A DNA stretch of 64,000 nt from Planctomycetota bacterium (GTDB lineage: Bacteria > Planctomycetota > Planctomycetia > Pirellulales > Lacipirellulaceae): positions 1 through 64,000 of the forward strand of contig JBCCXZ010000004.1 of NCBI GenBank assembly GCA_039190745.1, read 5' to 3'. Below are positions 60,376 through 64,000 of this stretch, in pieces. Each line of letters starts with the position of its first letter. Positions within the stretch are counted from its first letter, which is position 1. The notes beneath the pieces were generated by a model. The model saw nothing but the letters and a program-made list of their open reading frames with translations, was not told the DNA's origin and did no database searches. Position numbers and translations under genes: made by a program.

Positions 60376-62109
60376 TCAATGCGACGCGCCGGCGGCGGTG
60401 AGGCCGCGGAGGTCGTCGACCAGCGACGCGGCCGTGCCGGGAAGCTCCGTGAGTTGCCACGGCAGGACCACGGTGAAGGTGCTGCCCTTGCCGAGCTCGC
60501 TTTCGAGCGTGATGTCGCCGCCCAGCAGCCGGCAGATCTCGCGGACGATCGAAAGCCCGAGTCCGGTGCCGCTGAACTCGCGGGTCATCGCCGTGCCGGA
60601 AGGCAGCACCGAGGCGCCCTGGCGGAACTTCTCGAAGACCCGGGCGCGGTCGGCCTCGCCGATCCCGACGCCGGTGTCCTCGACCGCGAGCCGCAGGTCG
60701 CCCGACGCGTCACGCGAGGCGGTCACGTGCACGCGGCCGCCGTCGGGGGTGAACTTGATGGCGTTGGAGAGGAGGTTGTTGAGCACCTGCTCGATCTTGC
60801 CACGGTCCTGGCGGAGGGGCGGCAAGCCGGGATCGATCTCGTAGTCGAGGTCGATGTTCTTCTTCTCACTCAGCGGCCGGGCGAGGTCGGTCTGCGACGA
60901 GACGAGCGTGCCGATCTCGAACTCTTCGGCCCCGACGTCCATGCGGCCGCTTTCCATCTTGGCGAGGTCCAAGATGTCGTTGATCATCCGCAGGAGCTGC
61001 TTGCCGGAGTTCTGGATGTTGGAAGCGAACCGTCGCTGCTTGTCGTCGAGCGCGTCGACGCCGACCAAGAGGTCGCTGAAGCCGATAATGCTGTTGAGCG
61101 GTGTGCGGAGCTCGTGGCTGACGGTGGCGAGGAAGTCGCCCTTCACCTTGTTCATCTCGAACAGCCGCATGTTGGCCTGGGCGAGCTCGTCGATCTTGCC
61201 GTCCAGCTCGCTGTTGACGCCCTTTAGTTCGTCCTGATGGCGGAGGAGCTGGCGGAGCATGCGGTTGAAGGCGGCGCCGAGCTCTTCGAACTCGTCGCCG
61301 GTGTGGATGACGGCCCGCTGCTCGACGTCGCCGCGGCGGACGGCGTTGCTCACGTCCCGCAGGTGGCGGAGCGGCTTGACGATGATGTAGCGGACGATGA
61401 CCCACATCGCGACCATCGAAGCAAAGGCCGTGACGATAGCGGTCGAGAGCATGATGGTGTGGAGCCGGGTCTGCCCGGCGACGATCTCTTCGGCGTCCAT
61501 GTCGACGCGGACGACGGCCAGCAGATCGCCGATCTGCAAATCGGGCCAAACCACTGGCGTTACGGTGCTGTGGCATCCGATGCAGTGATTGCTCGCGTAG
61601 ACCGGCTCGTAGTAGCGGTACTGCTGCTGCGGAGCGCTGCCCTCCTCGGAATCGGCGCCAGGAGGAGTTTCGACCGGCAGGATGCGGTCGTCCCACTCTT
61701 CGAGGGCTTCGATTTCTGTATCTTTGCTGAGCTGCTTGCCGAGGCGCTGCCACTTGCTCATCAGCTCCCACTCGTACTCGTCCGTGGGCTCCGACAGCCC
61801 GTCGGGGTTGTCCGGGTGCAGCACGGCCCAACGGTACAAGTCGCCGCGGATGTAGCGGGCGGTTGTCTCGTCGACGACCTGCATGGCCTCGATCGACTCC
61901 TGCTTGTTGAAGTGGGCCTCAACCAGCGTCGCCGTGACCAGGGCTTCGCCGATGAAACGGTTCCGCTTGAAAATCTGCTTGTTCGTCTCGCGGCCGTACC
62001 ACCAGAAGCTGCCCATGATGAGCACGAGCAACGAGACGCCGAAGATCCACCGGCACTTCCGCTCCAGGCCGGTTTCGCCGAGGGCCCGTTTGAAGGTGCG
62101 GTAGCTCAT
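60376..62109 (-). CDS. Sensor histidine kinase (periplasmic CxxCH, HAMP, HisKA, HATPase)
   Basis: Two TM helices, CIGCH, HAMP (DEFEELG.AFN.M), SHELRTPL, NAIKFT, GTGLGL. Confidence 0.94.
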   Translation of the reverse strand: MSYRTFKRALGETGLERKCRWIFGVSLLVLIMGSFWWYGRETNKQIFKRNRFIGEALVTATLVEAHFNKQESIEAMQVVDETTARYIRGDLYRWAVLHPDNPDGLSEPTDEYEWELMSKWQRLGKQLSKDTEIEALEEWDDRILPVETPPGADSEEGSAPQQQYRYYEPVYASNHCIGCHSTVTPVVWPDLQIGDLLAVVRVDMDAEEIVAGQTRLHTIMLSTAIVTAFASMVAMWVIVRYIIVKPLRHLRDVSNAVRRGDVEQRAVIHTGDEFEELGAAFNRMLRQLLRHQDELKGVNSELDGKIDELAQANMRLFEMNKVKGDFLATVSHELRTPLNSIIGFSDLLVGVDALDDKQRRFASNIQNSGKQLLRMINDILDLAKMESGRMDVGAEEFEIGTLVSSQTDLARPLSEKKNIDLDYEIDPGLPPLRQDRGKIEQVLNNLLSNAIKFTPDGGRVHVTASRDASGDLRLAVEDTGVGIGEADRARVFEKFRQGASVLPSGTAMTREFSGTGLGLSIVREICRLLGGDITLESELGKGSTFTVVLPWQLTELPGTAASLVDDLRGLTAAGASH

Positions 62110-62232
62110 GGGGGAGTGGTAGTGGGAGTGGGAGTTGGGAGAGCGGGCCGCTCCCGCGGCTACCTATTCTATTGGGGGCGAGAACTTGGGGCCAACCGGG
62201 GTTTGCTAGCCCCGATGGTCGCCGGCTTTCGG

Positions 62233-64000
62233 CTAGAGCATGTCTTGCGGGTCGATGTCGACGGTGAGCGTGACCGACTCCGGCGGGTGCCAGGCGTGCA
62301 GCGTGCGGTGCGTCAGGTCGCGGACCGTGTTGATGGCCTCGCCCTGGAGCTGCACCTGATAGCGGTACTCTCCGCGGAGCTTGGGGATCGCTGCGGGGGC
62401 CGGACCCATGACGCGCGTTTCGCTAGCGTCGGCCTTCAGGTTCCCGGCGAGCGCTTTGGCCGACTCGCGGACGACCGCGTTGGCTTCGCCGCGGAGGACG
62501 ATGCGTACCATCGCGCCAAGCGGCGGGTATTTGAGCCGGGCCCGGGCGACGAGTTCCGCCTCCGCGAACCGCGGGAAGTCGTGCCGGGCGGCGGCGACGA
62601 TCGCGGGGTGGTCGGGGCTGAGCGTCTGCACCAGGACGCGGCCGCCACGGTCGCCCCGGCCTGTGCGTCCGGCGACCTGCGCGACCAGTTGGAACGTGCG
62701 CTCCCCGGCGCGGAAGTCGGGCAGGTGCAGCGCCGTGTCGGCATTGATTACGCCCACCAGCGTGACGTTGGGGAAGTCCAAGCCCTTGGCGATCATCTGG
62801 GTGCCGAGCAGGATGTCGATCTCGCCGCGGCGGAATGCGGAGAGCACGCGCTCGTGGGCGCCGGCGCCGCGCATGCTGTCGGTGTCCATCCGGGCGCACT
62901 TGTAGTCGGGGAAACGGGCGCGGACCTCGGCTTCGAGCTTCTGCGTGCCGAGGCCGCCGTAGCGGATGGCGTCCGACTTGCAGTCGGGGCACTTGGTCGG
63001 CGGCTCGGCGCGGTAGTCGCAGTAGTGGCAGAGCGCGGTATTGTCCTGCCGGTGGTAGGTGAGCGACAACTCGCAGTGGGGGCACTCGAGCTTGAACCCG
63101 CACGCGGGGCACTGCACGTGCGTGGAGAAGCCGCGGCGGTTGAGCAGGTAGATTACCTGCCCGCCGTCGCGGAGCGCGGCCTGCGTGGCCTGGTGCAGGG
63201 GCCGACTGATGCCGCCCCGCCCGCCGCGGGCCTGGCCGGGGTCGCGGAGGTCGACGATCGCCACGTCGGGCATAGGGCGATTGGCCACGCGCTTGGGGAG
63301 CGAAAGCTTGCGGTACTCGCCGGTCGAGGCCCGGTGCCAGGACTCCATCGACGGCGTAGCGCTGCCCAGCACGAGCGGCACGCCCTCTCGCGCGGCGCGT
63401 TGCCAGGCGACGTCACGCGCGTGGTAGCGGGGCGAGGTGTCTTGCTTGAAGGTCGCCTCGTGCTCTTCGTCGATAACGATGAGGCCAAGGTTCCTCGCGG
63501 GGGCGAACACCGCGCTGCGGGCGCCGACGACCACCTGCACCTCGCCGCGGAGGATGCACCGCCAGTGGTCGTGCCGCTGCACCTCCGACTGGTGGCTGTG
63601 CAAGACGGCGATGCGGTCGAACCGCGCCCGGAACCGCCGCACGGTCTGCGGGGTGAGGCTGATCTCCGGAACGAGCACGATCGCCTGCCGGCCGTACTCG
63701 ACGACCCGCTGGATGGCTTGCAGGTAGACCTCGGTCTTGCCGCTGCCGGTCACTCCGTGCAGGACGAGCCCGGTCGCCTCGCGGGATTCGAGCGCGGTGT
63801 GGATTTCGTCAAGCGCGGCCTGCTGGTCGAGGTTGAGCTGCAGCGGCCGCTCGCGAGGGACGGCTTCTTCTTCGGCCCGGTCGGTGGCGACACGCTTGGT
63901 CGTTTTCTCCACCAGGCCCTTCTTCAAGAGCTGCGTGACCGGCGCCATGGTGCAGCCGGCCGACTCGGTGAGCCGCACGGCGGTGATCGGCTCCTCGACT
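62233..64000 (-). CDS. priA: Primosomal protein N' (5' end outside the window)
   Basis: GVTGSGKTEVY, LVPEISLTPQ, DEEHE, LNRRG, four CxxC motifs, GTQMIAKGLDF, QVAGR.GR. Confidence 0.97.
   Translation of the reverse strand, partial: VEEPITAVRLTESAGCTMAPVTQLLKKGLVEKTTKRVATDRAEEEAVPRERPLQLNLDQQAALDEIHTALESREATGLVLHGVTGSGKTEVYLQAIQRVVEYGRQAIVLVPEISLTPQTVRRFRARFDRIAVLHSHQSEVQRHDHWRCILRGEVQVVVGARSAVFAPARNLGLIVIDEEHEATFKQDTSPRYHARDVAWQRAAREGVPLVLGSATPSMESWHRASTGEYRKLSLPKRVANRPMPDVAIVDLRDPGQARGGRGGISRPLHQATQAALRDGGQVIYLLNRRGFSTHVQCPACGFKLECPHCELSLTYHRQDNTALCHYCDYRAEPPTKCPDCKSDAIRYGGLGTQKLEAEVRARFPDYKCARMDTDSMRGAGAHERVLSAFRRGEIDILLGTQMIAKGLDFPNVTLVGVINADTALHLPDFRAGERTFQLVAQVAGRTGRGDRGGRVLVQTLSPDHPAIVAAARHDFPRFAEAELVARARLKYPPLGAMVRIVLRGEANAVVRESAKALAGNLKADASETRVMGPAPAAIPKLRGEYRYQVQLQGEAINTVRDLTHRTLHAWHPPESVTLTVDIDPQDML

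Overview
High-GC bacterial window. The gene content (three DUF1559/H-X9-DG prepilin-like genes, nine PEP-CTERM proteins, four ECF sigma factors, two FecR anti-sigmas, a membrane Ser/Thr kinase) points by inference to a planctomycete, probably Pirellulales. Left to right: an oxyR-like LysR gene divergent from katG; a Zn-ribbon/solute-binding fusion; an ECF/FecR locus ending in a GH30; a DUF1559 plus lamin-tail PEP-CTERM cluster; a large FG-GAP/ASPIC-UnbV/thioredoxin/TPR reading frame; an ECF/FecR starch/maltodextrin locus; then housekeeping genes (Na/Pi, MOSC, CNNM, esterase, HPF, galE, photolyase, kinase/ECF, vWA, recG, rnhA, histidine kinase, priA). Best leads: (1) the FG-GAP/ASPIC frame is interrupted by one in-frame UGA, followed 11 nt later by a 17-nt hairpin resembling the E. 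coli fdhF SECIS, so it is a candidate 1391-aa exported selenoprotein; (2) a repeated PUL-like cassette in which a DUF1559 pilin-like/lipoprotein pair sits where SusC/SusD would be expected; (3) a ~280-bp non-coding element in two inverted copies bracketing 20 kb, with a G/C skew reversal between them; (4) nested periodic palindromic repeats. I saw no rRNA, tRNA, CRISPR array or transposase. All family calls are from motif recognition by eye, with no searches run.
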